From positions 22,341 to 86,340 of IMG/VR virus record IMGVR_UViG_3300034071_002576: 64,000 bases of DNA. One strand, written 5' to 3'. The translations under genes were made by a program, and so were the position numbers. Shown here one piece after another: positions 9,492-19,671 of the stretch. Position 1 is the first letter of the stretch. The number at the start of each line of letters is the position of its first letter. This DNA comes from a virus. The notes below the pieces were generated by a model, which was given only the letters and a program-made list of their open reading frames with translations, was not told the DNA's origin and ran no database searches.

Positions 9492-11390
9492 TTACTTCGC
9501 CGACCAGTCATCGCCTATGCCCGGTTCCGCTACTAATCTCGTTTTTTCGAACACAGACGCACCAGCATTTACCATGATTTCGGCAAGCTTATCTTTCCAG
9601 AAATTCTCCAATCCTTCTCGGACTTCTAGTACGCATTCATCGTGTACCACTGCGATTAAACGCACATCGTTGTTTAGATGGTCATTAAGCTCGCCGAGCG
9701 CTACTTTTAAAATGTCCGCACCTGTCCCCTGGATTAGTGTGTTAGCTGCGATTGTCATTCGAGCATCGTCGTACGACAGCAACCGACGCCGCCCCAGAGC
9801 GGTTCGCGTGTAACACCAGCCGTCTTGGACTAAAGCGCCGCGTTGACGGTGCCATTCCCTCAGGCGCGGGTACGCACTGTGGAATTTACTGTGCAGTATC
9901 TTGCTCTCCGACAGACTTAGCTGTACGCCGAACGAAGCCGCTGCGTATGTTTTGAACTTACGGAACCCAATTCCATAAATAAACCCGAAGTTGGCTCCTT
10001 TAGCCATCTGCCTCTGTTGCTTTGTGACGTCTGATATATCGCAGTCATTTACTAAGCTTGCTGTGAGTGTGTGCAAATCTATGTCGGTATTGTACGCTTC
10101 TTGCATTTGAGGGATGTTAGCTAACTCCGCGAGTAGGCGTAATTCCATCTGCGAGTAGTCCGCGATGATCAGTTTGTACCCAGGAGACGCTACAAAGGCT
10201 TCCCGAAATAGTTTTGATCGCGGAACCTGCTGAAGATTCACAGCGAACGTTGTTTTTGTTTTAGTCTTAGCCGTTTTCGGCGCCCCTGCGCACGTAAACC
10301 GACCACTGTTGGCGCCCACTTGATTGTAGAAGCTGTGGATCCTGTGAGTTACTGGGTTTATGTTCTGAATCAGCTTTTCAGCATGCTCTAGACTTGTTTC
10401 AATTTTTACGCGTTCTCGGTACAGCAGAAGCACTGCATCTTTGCTATCAAACTCCGCCAGCGATATTTGGTTCAGTGTGCTTTTTCCTGTCTCTTCGTTC
10501 TGAGGCAACGCGATACCGCACAGGTCAAAAGCCTTTGCCACTTGCGTGGTCGAACCGGGGTTAAATTCCTTGTTTGCCTTCTTGCCCACGGCTACCGCGC
10601 CGTCCACTGTCCGAGGCAGTTTGTTTTCTGCGGGGAGTTTCGCGTCTAATGCTTCTACAAATTCTGTTGTTTTTTCGTTTAATTGTGTCTCCAAACTTAC
10701 CTTAAGTTTATGTAAACGTTCAGTATTAACGTTGAATCCTGTGTAACTCATTTTTGCTACGGGGCGTATGCACTTTGATTCAATACTGTAGACTCCTATT
10801 AAAGCTTCCTCGTTCAGTTCTTTTAGCTGCTCCGCTGCGATTTTTGGAAGAATATCGACGTCTGTCGCCGCATACTCGACTTGGTCGAGTGTCAAAGTTT
10901 CTGCGCTCCAGTCCGTTTTGCGTTGTTCTTTATCTAGTTCTATTTCTAGTCGACGTTCAGCGACTGCCTTGAGCGAGCAGGATACGTCGGCGAAATAAGG
11001 TTTGTTGGATTTAGGTGAGTATTTTTTCTCTTGAAATCCCGCCCTTAAAACTCTTTCGGCTATATACGTGTCAAATATTTTATTCTTGTAGTCGATACCT
11101 AAAGAGTAGAAAAACTGTAAATCGAAGCCTAAGTTGTGCCCTAGGAGTAGTTCTCGACTCTCGATTAAAATTTTTAACTCATCTAGAACAGATGTTTTGA
11201 AGATATCAATTACGTGAATCGTTCGGTCTTCGACAGCGGGGGAGGCGTCGCAGAGCTGAACCAACCGACATTTTGACACCGTGGCCTGAAGCCCTGTTGT
11301 TTCTGTATCAGCACATAGTTTGCTGAACTTGTCCAACTCGTTTATCGCCTTTAGTGCTTCTGCGTCTTCGGTGATGTAATTGATTTTCAT
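9492..11390 (-). CDS. polA: family A DNA polymerase with 3'-5' exonuclease
   Basis: DTETTG (ExoI), YAATD (ExoIII), ADYSQMELR (motif A), RQMAKGANFGFIYG (B), VHDE (C). Confidence 0.95.
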   Translation of the reverse strand: MKINYITEDAEALKAINELDKFSKLCADTETTGLQATVSKCRLVQLCDASPAVEDRTIHVIDIFKTSVLDELKILIESRELLLGHNLGFDLQFFYSLGIDYKNKIFDTYIAERVLRAGFQEKKYSPKSNKPYFADVSCSLKAVAERRLEIELDKEQRKTDWSAETLTLDQVEYAATDVDILPKIAAEQLKELNEEALIGVYSIESKCIRPVAKMSYTGFNVNTERLHKLKVSLETQLNEKTTEFVEALDAKLPAENKLPRTVDGAVAVGKKANKEFNPGSTTQVAKAFDLCGIALPQNEETGKSTLNQISLAEFDSKDAVLLLYRERVKIETSLEHAEKLIQNINPVTHRIHSFYNQVGANSGRFTCAGAPKTAKTKTKTTFAVNLQQVPRSKLFREAFVASPGYKLIIADYSQMELRLLAELANIPQMQEAYNTDIDLHTLTASLVNDCDISDVTKQQRQMAKGANFGFIYGIGFRKFKTYAAASFGVQLSLSESKILHSKFHSAYPRLREWHRQRGALVQDGWCYTRTALGRRRLLSYDDARMTIAANTLIQGTGADILKVALGELNDHLNNDVRLIAVVHDECVLEVREGLENFWKDKLAEIMVNAGASVFEKTRLVAEPGIGDDWSAK

Positions 11391-11396
11391 GAGAGG

Positions 11397-11427
11397 AAAA
11401 GAAAAAACCCCAGCATGCTGGGGTTTG
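11397..11427 (-). terminator. intrinsic terminator directly upstream of polA
   Basis: Minus strand AAACCCCAGCATGCTGGGGTTTTTTCTTTT. Confidence 0.65.
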
Positions 11428-11456
11428 ATGATAGGACCTTTTTTGTTTCCTGGTCG

Positions 11457-12287
11457 TCAGCTGTTGTGACTCGCAAAGACACGGTCGATGTAGTCGTCGA
11501 TGTCTCCCCATGAATCAACCATGGAGCTTCCTTTTTCTGTCGCGCGGACCTTGTAGTACACGCGCTGCATGTACTCCGCCTTTGTGTGTGCGTCGTCCCT
11601 CAGGCTGCCAACCGAGACGGCTTTCTCCTGCTCGACCAAGCCGTGATTCCGGCACCAGATCAGCCCCTCGCGCATACCGATATACACCGGTGACACGTGG
11701 AACGTACGCTTCCGATCCGCACTGCCTGCAGTATCTACAGGTTCCCACTCCCCTACGTTTAAATTTCGTTCGAACCCTTTGAAAGCCAGACAGGTTTCTC
11801 GGACGCTTGTATTACGCCAGAGCATGTTGACGTAATCAGTAGCTGCTTCTCGGAGGGTCACCCAATCGCTTGAGCAACTGCGTAGTAACAACGCAGCTCC
11901 TGCAGACCAATAGCTGCTGTGGGCGTTGAGCTTTTCGATCAGCTCTTCAGTAGTTGCTCCTTCCTTAAGAACTTTTGCGTGAGCTCCGTTCCTTACGACA
12001 GGTGCTGAGCGTCTGTTGCTTAAGTTACCTTGTCCCTCTCCAGACTTTTGGATAGATATTTTCCAGGCCAAGGAAGCGAGATCTTGATTCTGTTCTCTGA
12101 CTGAGAGCTCGAAGAGTCGCTGACTGTCGAGCTTCCTCAAGTCGAAGATCTTGGTCAATTCAATCTCGATAGGACCTTGACCGTATTCCCCCGTGGCAGC
12201 CAGGAGCGCCACCGCTTCGGTCTGTTTGATTGGGGTATTCCCCAGCAAGAATTGGAAAGGCATGTTCATGTGAGTGGAACGTTGCAA
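11457..12287 (-). CDS. hypothetical protein
   Basis: 276-aa ORF. Confidence 0.65.
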   Translation of the reverse strand: MQRSTHMNMPFQFLLGNTPIKQTEAVALLAATGEYGQGPIEIELTKIFDLRKLDSQRLFELSVREQNQDLASLAWKISIQKSGEGQGNLSNRRSAPVVRNGAHAKVLKEGATTEELIEKLNAHSSYWSAGAALLLRSCSSDWVTLREAATDYVNMLWRNTSVRETCLAFKGFERNLNVGEWEPVDTAGSADRKRTFHVSPVYIGMREGLIWCRNHGLVEQEKAVSVGSLRDDAHTKAEYMQRVYYKVRATEKGSSMVDSWGDIDDYIDRVFASHNS

Positions 12288-12332
12288 GAGTAAGCAAATA
12301 CAGGTCAGTATACAAGCCCTTTGAGATTTTTT

Positions 12333-12740
12333 TCAGATTTCAGCGCCGAATCCTTCCAGCCTCGTCACCCAGATACAGATATCATCCGTAATTCTTTCCG
12401 CCATTTGCATGACGTCGACATAACTGATGTCAATAGACATTAATAAATCATCCGTGATCGGTACTCCGAATTCTTCCATAACATACGTAGCTAACGGCAT
12501 ACACACGTCTACACACTCTCCGTCAGCACTGTTTTTATAAATGCAGAACATTTTTTTAACGTCTATAAAATCTATGTAAGCTTCTTGGTACCTAACCGAT
12601 CTGTTTAATGTGTTGGTCGGATGACCAGACATACACTCACATAATCGGTCCCGTATCCAAGAACATAGTTCTACATCTGTTATGCCGTTTGATTTATATT
12701 CGTTGTATACCGATCGTATGATGTACGCTATTTCTTTCAT
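12333..12740 (-). CDS. hypothetical protein
   Basis: 135-aa ORF, ATGA overlap with upstream gene. Confidence 0.55.
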   Translation of the reverse strand: MKEIAYIIRSVYNEYKSNGITDVELCSWIRDRLCECMSGHPTNTLNRSVRYQEAYIDFIDVKKMFCIYKNSADGECVDVCMPLATYVMEEFGVPITDDLLMSIDISYVDVMQMAERITDDICIWVTRLEGFGAEI

Positions 12741-12961
12741 GTAGGTCTAGCCCTGCTCCAACGTGCTTGTCCGTGAATGTGCCCAACGCACACCCACAGT
12801 TCGTTGTTGGTGGTGTCGTACCAGATATGTCCCACCCTAGGTCTGGGAGGTTGAGCCGCTGTGGAAATCAGCTCACCCTGTTCGAGATCGACTTCGGTTT
12901 CCTCAGTGCCACAGTACTCCTCTTTAACTCTAGAGATTTCATCAGCAGGGTTGCTTTTCAT
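12737..12961 (-). CDS. hypothetical protein
   Basis: 74 aa; P.P.VGHIWYDT motif as seen in fibre-type repeats. Confidence 0.5.
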   Translation of the reverse strand: MKSNPADEISRVKEEYCGTEETEVDLEQGELISTAAQPPRPRVGHIWYDTTNNELWVCVGHIHGQARWSRARPT

Positions 12962-12970
12962 GGCGTCAAC

Positions 12971-14521
12971 TTAGCGGAGACACTTTTGAATCGCATCCAC
13001 AGCTTTCTCTGTGTTGTAAACGTTCACGGAATACACCTCATCGCTAAATCCTCGGCACACATCCGGGATGTCCGTGTTTATGCAGACAGTTGACCACTGG
13101 GTACCTGTTGCTGCTTTGAACGTGTTTACCTTTCGTTTGAGGGTTTCGTTGATGTCCGAGTGACCGTCCGTAATCATCAGAATGTCTGCTCGCGAATCTC
13201 GACAGCCTTTGTCGACCGCGTGGCTTAGTACGGCATTGAAGCTCGTCCCTCCGCCGAGAATCCAGGTTCCTATGAAATCCAGCATCGTCGAGAGGTTGTT
13301 GCTCTTAGGGATTAGTTCGACTGTGTGCTCTATGCGCGTATCGAACAAGTTTATGAAAACTTTTCGGTTTTCTTTCAGTGCTTCTTCCGCGACCACAAAT
13401 GCGATGGCCTTGCTCCAGAGCTCAGGTTCTCCGCTCATAGAACCGGAGACATCGATATACATAACAACAGGACCTTTGCCTAGATTTTTTTGCTGAGCTG
13501 TGTAGTCTTTTGTGAGTATAGTCTTTTGGGAGAATTTCAGGGCAAATAATGCGCGCCCCTGGGGGGTTCCTGCCAGCGCGAGCTCTGCTGGAAAAGCTTT
13601 GGTGACATCGTTGCTGAAGGTTGCTCCTGTGATTGCCTCGTAGTTTGCCGAAGCGCTCTTAGCCCTCTTTCGTTGAAGCCACACGCGACGCAGAGCCCCG
13701 AGTTTTTTTGTCAGTGCGCGAAGCTGTTTACTGTTCTTGAGCCTGTTAGCTAATTCTTTTTTCTCCTTGAGGTCGTTTGTTTGCCTGCCTTGACCGGGCT
13801 GCAACCCGTGGAGAGTAGACAATGCCTCTTCCGTTTCGTCGCTTTCCTTTATTACTTGATCGATAATCTGGCTCGCTTGCGGTTGGAGTCTTTCCGCAGC
13901 TTGTTGGATAGCGTCGTTGATTGCCTGATTCAGTGCCTTGCCTGCTCGCCGCGCTTCGTTTGCTTTTTGAGTGTCTCCCTCTTTCTGGGCTTTTTGAAAC
14001 TGCTCCCTGAGTTCCTGCAGTTTTTTGTCTGCTGCTGTAAGGAGCTCGACGTCGAATTGATTCTCCTCTATCGCTTTCTGAATAACTTCAGATAGTTTGT
14101 TGAGGATATTTACGGAGTTGTTCCCAGAGTTGAACTGGTTACCCACGCAACGCGTGAGTAGCTCTGTCCAGCCAGCAGCTTGGGATAAGTCAGCCATGAT
14201 TGCATACCATATTCCATTCTCTGGTTTATACCCTTCTGGTATTGCCGCGCTATCGCCGTCGCAAACCTTTCGGAAATACTGTTCGTAGGCGTCTTCCGTG
14301 ACGAGCCAGTTGACGTTGTCACCGTTATAGAGTCTGTCAAATAGCTCCTTCCCGAAGCGAGACAGTTGTTTGATGTTGTGATGGTCGATTAGGTAGGTAA
14401 CAACAGGACGGCTTTCTCTGATGAAGTCATCCCATAGAAAATCCGCCAGCGCAGAACAAGCGAGCGTTAGAGGCTCGTTGTTGACGAGACGAACGAATTC
14501 TGAGTGCGTGTCAAAGTTCAT
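12971..14521 (-). CDS. VWA-domain protein (ViaA-like)
   Basis: MIDAS DVSGSMSG, GGTSF, ITDG; coiled-coil N-terminal half; start trimmed to MNFDT. Confidence 0.85.
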   Translation of the reverse strand: MNFDTHSEFVRLVNNEPLTLACSALADFLWDDFIRESRPVVTYLIDHHNIKQLSRFGKELFDRLYNGDNVNWLVTEDAYEQYFRKVCDGDSAAIPEGYKPENGIWYAIMADLSQAAGWTELLTRCVGNQFNSGNNSVNILNKLSEVIQKAIEENQFDVELLTAADKKLQELREQFQKAQKEGDTQKANEARRAGKALNQAINDAIQQAAERLQPQASQIIDQVIKESDETEEALSTLHGLQPGQGRQTNDLKEKKELANRLKNSKQLRALTKKLGALRRVWLQRKRAKSASANYEAITGATFSNDVTKAFPAELALAGTPQGRALFALKFSQKTILTKDYTAQQKNLGKGPVVMYIDVSGSMSGEPELWSKAIAFVVAEEALKENRKVFINLFDTRIEHTVELIPKSNNLSTMLDFIGTWILGGGTSFNAVLSHAVDKGCRDSRADILMITDGHSDINETLKRKVNTFKAATGTQWSTVCINTDIPDVCRGFSDEVYSVNVYNTEKAVDAIQKCLR

Positions 14522-14709
14522 TTGATGGTTTGCTTGTGTCGGTGCTGGTTTCCGAGAGTTCATCCGTAATAGCTTTCCGATAACCCCAGGCTGCCGCCGT
14601 GGCCGCCAACCTATGGATCGGGTCCTCACAATCCGGATGCCGAGAGTCCTGCAGGATCGAAACCCACCAGGACTCTACGAGCTCTGCTGAAAGTTCCTTA
14701 CGTAATCCT

Positions 14710-15897
14710 TTACTTACTGATGTCACTGATAGCTCGCGCAAGGGTATCGCAGTGATTTTGGAGAGTTTGCTGAAGTTTAACTCCGGAGCTGCGTGTGCTC
14801 GCAGACATTCTCAGCTTGGACCCGTCCAACAGTTCTGAGACTTTATCCCTTACTGTTGTCATGTCTTTAGCGTATTTACGTAGTTGAACAACAAAATCAT
14901 TAAGCTCACTCAAACCTTTGACTCGGTAGCGATGGCTGTGTGTGCTGTACTCGGCCATGATTCCTGCAGCAGCTCTCTTCGCGTCTGAAAACACTTTGTC
15001 CGCTGTGGGGACCTCCTGCTCTAGAACCTCCTTAATGATGTCTTGATCCTCCCCTGATTGGTAGACAATGTGAATCAAACTACCGTGCATATGTTCAGGG
15101 AATAACTCGTCGTCACCTTGGACAACAGCCCATGCTTTGAGAAACTTGAGGATTTGAACGCGGCGTCTATCGCTGATCGTGATCGCTCGGGTGCCCAGCA
15201 TCTCCCAGACCGAACTGAACTTATCTAAGAATTCCGCTGATACCGAGATTTGCTCGGCTTCAGTCTGCAGTTCAGCTAGTTCGTTGAGGGTTAAGTGCTC
15301 GCCCACCGCGGGGCGCTTTTCCATACCCAGACCCCATGCGTCCAGCTTCCTCTTAGATACGGGTTTTTGCAAGAGGTTAACTGTAGGGCGAAATAAGAAA
15401 CGATCGGCAAAAGCCTGCAGTGACTCTTCGTCTGGCCAGCTGTTCGTCGCAGCGATGATCGATTGGATGGGTGTCTCGATATTCTCTTTACCGTTGTTAA
15501 ACGTCCTCTCGTTCAACAGAGTGAGTAGTGAATTAAGGATCGCAGAGGATCCACGAAACAACTCGTCTAAGAATCCGATGTGAGCTGTAGGCAGATAACC
15601 TTCTGTGTCGCGGGTGTACTCGTCGGCCAGCAGTTTGGTCACTGCAACAGGACCGAACACCTCGGATGGATCCGTCGTGGGGGTGAGCAGGTATCCGAAG
15701 TAGTTTGCTCCGCTTATCCCTCCGCAAACGCTCCGCACTAGATCTGACTTACCTGTACCGGGTAGACCTAAGAGGAACGCGTTTTGCTTGCTCAACAGCG
15801 ACGCAAGCAATCCGTCAATAACTGGACCGCGTTCCAGATGTGCTGCGCTGAGTGCGCCGCGGAAGTTTTGAAGCTTGGTGAAGAGTTGATCGTTCAT
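14710..15897 (-). CDS. MoxR/RavA-family AAA+ ATPase
   Basis: GLPGTGKS, FLDELFRGSSAILNSLLTLLNER, ATN, DRF, ISDRR. Confidence 0.9.
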   Translation of the reverse strand: MNDQLFTKLQNFRGALSAAHLERGPVIDGLLASLLSKQNAFLLGLPGTGKSDLVRSVCGGISGANYFGYLLTPTTDPSEVFGPVAVTKLLADEYTRDTEGYLPTAHIGFLDELFRGSSAILNSLLTLLNERTFNNGKENIETPIQSIIAATNSWPDEESLQAFADRFLFRPTVNLLQKPVSKRKLDAWGLGMEKRPAVGEHLTLNELAELQTEAEQISVSAEFLDKFSSVWEMLGTRAITISDRRRVQILKFLKAWAVVQGDDELFPEHMHGSLIHIVYQSGEDQDIIKEVLEQEVPTADKVFSDAKRAAAGIMAEYSTHSHRYRVKGLSELNDFVVQLRKYAKDMTTVRDKVSELLDGSKLRMSASTRSSGVKLQQTLQNHCDTLARAISDISK

Positions 15898-16118
15898 GGT
15901 TTGATTGTGAGTGGTTGGTAGCCGATTGGGTGCGGAAAAGGAATGCAGTGCATGTTCACTCTGCACTCTGTTACTAAAGACTTTGTTAGTGTCGCTAGCT
16001 TTTTAACGGCAGTGTCATACTCGACAAAAGTGACAGCTTCGAAAATGTTTGATGTGTACTTTTCGATGTCACACAAATAGCCTTTCGACGATTCGATGAC
16101 ATAAACGAGTCGATCCAT
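15894..16118 (-). CDS. hypothetical protein
   Basis: 74 aa, overlaps both neighbours at start/stop. Confidence 0.55.
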   Translation of the reverse strand: MDRLVYVIESSKGYLCDIEKYTSNIFEAVTFVEYDTAVKKLATLTKSLVTECRVNMHCIPFPHPIGYQPLTIKP

Positions 16119-17344
16119 TAAAAGTCAACCTCAGCTTCAGCAGTCTCGGTTTGTTTTGTTTCGGGTTCCTGGGGGCGAGTGGCGAGTTCGGTCAGAAGCT
16201 CATCCAAGTTTTCGCCAGCTTCTCCGATAAGTTCTTTACGCTGGTTGATCAGTTTCTTAAGCTGTTTGGACCTTTGAGCGTAGATATCGAGTTCTAAGTT
16301 TGCGTCCTTCACTAGGAGATTGAGGGCTCCGACATTTTCGGCGGCAGTGATTCGTTCGCATAGAGTTTTGTACTGAGAGGAGAGCGCAAGAGATTTTTTG
16401 AGTTTCTCCAAACCTTTAGAGGCATCTCTGTCATCGCAAATACTTTCTAACTCGTCACGTATAGTTTGCTGAACGTTGATGAAATCCTCCGTTGCTTTTT
16501 GCCTGGTGGCGCGATCATCCGCTTGAATTCGCGTACCTGTGCTCAAGAGTTCAGCTGCAAGGTCAGCCAATTTTTCGAAGCCAGGGACAGAGTCGCTTAT
16601 CAGCTTCAGCTTTTCTGCCGTCAGCTGCCACGAGCCCCGCTTTTTAGTGGAGCCCGTTTGCTGTCTGCCGATCTTGTGTGAACCACGAACGTCCAGGTCA
16701 TCCAGCAGCTCCGCGCTTATCTGAAGAGCTTTATCGGCGGCATTGCCCCTTGCGGCTTCGAGAACTTGCTGCGTATTGATCTGGTTTTCGTAGGCGAGGA
16801 GGGATGCTAGGTCTCCGTCGATTGGTTTGTCGACTTTTTCAAGAGAGATAGGCAGCGGCCCGAGAACCGACACGCGGATAGGTGCTTGGTATTCCTCCCT
16901 CGTGGGGAAGAGCTTCAGGTAAGCTTCGTGTGCTAAACGGAACTCATCATCTTCCCTGAACAGAGGGCGCAGGATGTTGTAAGCAGTTTGGTGCCAGGCA
17001 TCGTATTCCTCTTGCCACAGATCCTTTAGCCTCTCGTTAGCTTCTTTGGCAGCTTTACGGATGTCCTTGATCAGAGCATTAGCGCACTGAAAATAGTTAG
17101 AAGTGACAAAGTGAGAATCGCCATAGTGAATGCAATAGCTGTCATACAGTTCACGCTGAATGACACGAAGTGCATCCAATTCTGCTTTGAGGGAATTCGA
17201 AAGATTCGGGCGAAGGCTGACAGTGTTGTTTTGTTCAAGGGTTTCAATCACCGACTGCGGCAGCTTGAGATCATCGAACTTAATTTGAACCGACTGCCTT
17301 ACATCGGCAGAGATCGAACAAGCGAGCAAATAATGCGAAGTCAT
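16118..17344 (-). CDS. helical protein, possibly DUF3150-like partner of the AAA/VWA pair
   Basis: 408-aa helical ORF upstream of the ATPase; family call is inference from context. Confidence 0.5.
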   Translation of the reverse strand: MTSHYLLACSISADVRQSVQIKFDDLKLPQSVIETLEQNNTVSLRPNLSNSLKAELDALRVIQRELYDSYCIHYGDSHFVTSNYFQCANALIKDIRKAAKEANERLKDLWQEEYDAWHQTAYNILRPLFREDDEFRLAHEAYLKLFPTREEYQAPIRVSVLGPLPISLEKVDKPIDGDLASLLAYENQINTQQVLEAARGNAADKALQISAELLDDLDVRGSHKIGRQQTGSTKKRGSWQLTAEKLKLISDSVPGFEKLADLAAELLSTGTRIQADDRATRQKATEDFINVQQTIRDELESICDDRDASKGLEKLKKSLALSSQYKTLCERITAAENVGALNLLVKDANLELDIYAQRSKQLKKLINQRKELIGEAGENLDELLTELATRPQEPETKQTETAEAEVDF

Positions 17345-17495
17345 TTGTTTTAGTTACAGAGTGTTGATGTTGCGGCTAAGAAGTAACCCCCTCGCTGGGA
17401 GGGGGCTCAGCTTTTTAGCTCCAGGAAACCCTAGCCCGATTGACAAGGAAATGCAAGCAGTTCACACAGGCTGCAGATCTGCTCTGTACTGCCCG

Positions 17496-17921
17496 CTACT
17501 TTTTAAGCCGCGTAAACGCGAGGACGATTTTGTCGGTCATTTCGTCGCACTCGCCTGTCAGCACAAGAGCCTCGGCGGCGTGCTTGAGTTGCATCTTCGC
17601 GACCTTCAGCTCCTGCTCCAGCTTGCTGACTTTTGCAGAGAGCTTCTCCAGTTTGTCGTGCGACGTGGGAACTCGGCTGACGCGCACCACAATGTTCGTG
17701 TTGTGCTGCGGGAATCGGAATCGACTTTTGTCACCCGAGAACACTGACAGATCTATACCTGCACTTTCTGCAGCGGTTACATCCCGGAGCAGGTTGTCTT
17801 TTGCAGCTTCGTACGGTGCGCCGAATGATTCGTTCAGGTTTTTCAGTGCCGTGTCGCACTCATCGTACGCTTCGGCGGCGATGGCGCCGAGCTCCACAAG
17901 GTCTTTTGTCTTTAGGGTCAT
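17496..17921 (-). CDS. hypothetical coiled-coil protein
   Basis: 141-aa ORF. Confidence 0.6.
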   Translation of the reverse strand: MTLKTKDLVELGAIAAEAYDECDTALKNLNESFGAPYEAAKDNLLRDVTAAESAGIDLSVFSGDKSRFRFPQHNTNIVVRVSRVPTSHDKLEKLSAKVSKLEQELKVAKMQLKHAAEALVLTGECDEMTDKIVLAFTRLKK

Positions 17922-18092
17922 GTTGGTAGTGATGTTGATGTGAGCACCACGTTTGGTTCGGTCGGTGCCACCGAGAGCATGCTAGCACACTCAGTGCCTT
18001 TATGATCCTAGAATCCTCGCTGAGAGAATCGAACTCCGCACATGCCCACAGAGTAAGACCAGGACAGCCACCAGGCGCGAGGGGGATGGAGG

Positions 18093-18272
18093 ATCAGCGT
18101 TTCAGGTAAACGGCGACGCTATTAGGGTTTGCGATCTGGTTCATCTGCATGAAAACGTACTTAGCGTCACGTGGGCTGTGAGCCTCTACACAACCGCTGA
18201 ATTTCCACTCTTTCCGATGAGCTCTGGAGAACACATCAAAGGTCTGGAGTTTGGTTTCACCGGGGTTTGGCA
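18093..18272 (-). CDS. small hypothetical protein (59 aa)
   Basis: Manual translation MPNPGETKLQTFDVFSRAHRKEWKF...YLKR. Confidence 0.45.
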
Positions 18273-18455
18273 TCAGCTCTCGTTTTGGTCTTTCCGCACT
18301 ATAGCGACCTTTTTGTATCCGCCGCTACGTCATCTCTTTACTTAGGTTTGTTTCTAGCTCTTGTACGTTTTTATGCGCTAGTTTGGTTAACTTGCACTTA
18401 ATAAAAAGTTTTTATTTAATTGAGCTACTTAACGTAATTTGCGCCTCCTATCATC

Positions 18456-18482
18456 AAAAAAGCCCGAGCGAACTCGGGCCTT
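18456..18482 (-). terminator. intrinsic terminator
   Basis: Minus strand GCCCGAG-ttcg-CTCGGGC-TTTTTT. Confidence 0.8.
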
Positions 18483-18497
18483 CTGCTAACCTCACGC

Positions 18498-19247
18498 TTA
18501 ACTTTCTACGACAAGTTTCGTAATGTTATAGTGCTTGATCCAAGTGACTAGCTTTGTCGTTGCTTCTGCTGATTGCAGTCCGATACATCCGCTAGTCCCT
18601 GATTCTCCATTAAGCTTGCCCCAACTTGGATCCTGATGAAAACCAAGAGCTGATCGCCCCGTGGCGAATAGAGGAGTTACAGGAATCCAATAACCTTTGC
18701 CTAATTCAGGGTCATCGAAAGGAGCGGCCGCCATGCCGAGTCGATCAACCCTGTAAGTTCCCTTAGGTAAAGGAGATTTATTTCCTGCTGTATTTCGATC
18801 GGCTGTTTGTCGGTACGCCCGTCCGGTCAGCGCCGGCAGAGTTTCGAGAACGATATTTTGATTGTTGACTAGATCGAGCGACCATATGGGGTCCTTCGTT
18901 TCCTTCACCGTCTTATCTGTTTTCTTCAGAATCAAGAACGCCTGCGAACTCGTAGTTATCCGCGGCGGGTTTGAGCCTGGCTTTAGTTGAATCGTAGGAC
19001 GTGAGGATCCTGGTTCTTCGGGAACGCCAGGCATCGGACTTGCGTCTAAGGGCAGCACACCTTCGGGGACTCCAGTTCCCTGCTGCCCTGGTCCCTGCTC
19101 TAACGGAGAGACTTGTGCGTACATCATCTGCTTTAGATGCTCTTCCTGCGCTGCATGATGCGCCATTAGTTGGGAGCCTTGGTGCAGCGCAACAGCTGCA
19201 GCAACGCCGGACACGGTCCCGATGATTGCAAACATTCTGATTTTCAT
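18498..19247 (-). CDS. L,D-transpeptidase-fold (Tlde1/DUF2778-like) protein with N-terminal signal or anchor
   Basis: PLPKGTY, RSALGFH...GTSGCIG (His...Cys). Confidence 0.7.
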   Translation of the reverse strand: MKIRMFAIIGTVSGVAAAVALHQGSQLMAHHAAQEEHLKQMMYAQVSPLEQGPGQQGTGVPEGVLPLDASPMPGVPEEPGSSRPTIQLKPGSNPPRITTSSQAFLILKKTDKTVKETKDPIWSLDLVNNQNIVLETLPALTGRAYRQTADRNTAGNKSPLPKGTYRVDRLGMAAAPFDDPELGKGYWIPVTPLFATGRSALGFHQDPSWGKLNGESGTSGCIGLQSAEATTKLVTWIKHYNITKLVVES

Positions 19248-19669
19248 TAGAGGTTACCTGGGCCGACTTGAGGAGCCGGCGGGGCGGAAGGGTAGCGCGG
19301 AGCGTCGAAGTCACCTGGACCTGTCGCCGCCCTCGGGGGCGTGGGAGGAGCCACAGGGAGAGGAGCTGATCTCTCGGGCTCTACAGGCTGAGGCTCTGGT
19401 TGAGACTCCTCAGGTGTGTTTTCTGGTTCTTTAGGTTTCTCTAGAGCCTCCGTTGATTGTGTTGAAGGTTGAGTCTCTTGAGACTCGCCCATCTGCTTTA
19501 GCCATTCAGCTTTCGCCTTCTCTTCGGGAGAGGGGTCCATCTTGCCTTCTTTATCCGGTGAAGCACCGGGCATCAAGGCAGACACGACCATGCCCGCTAG
19601 GTTAACACCGACAGATGCTACTAGAAACGCAGCAACGCCTACGCCAACCCAAACTATCTTACGTAACAT
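19247..19669 (-). CDS. membrane-anchored Pro/Glu-rich protein
   Basis: MLRKIVWVGVGVAAFLVASVGV hydrophobic segment; start trimmed. Confidence 0.55.
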   Translation of the reverse strand: MLRKIVWVGVGVAAFLVASVGVNLAGMVVSALMPGASPDKEGKMDPSPEEKAKAEWLKQMGESQETQPSTQSTEALEKPKEPENTPEESQPEPQPVEPERSAPLPVAPPTPPRAATGPGDFDAPRYPSAPPAPQVGPGNL

Positions 19670-19671
19670 GG

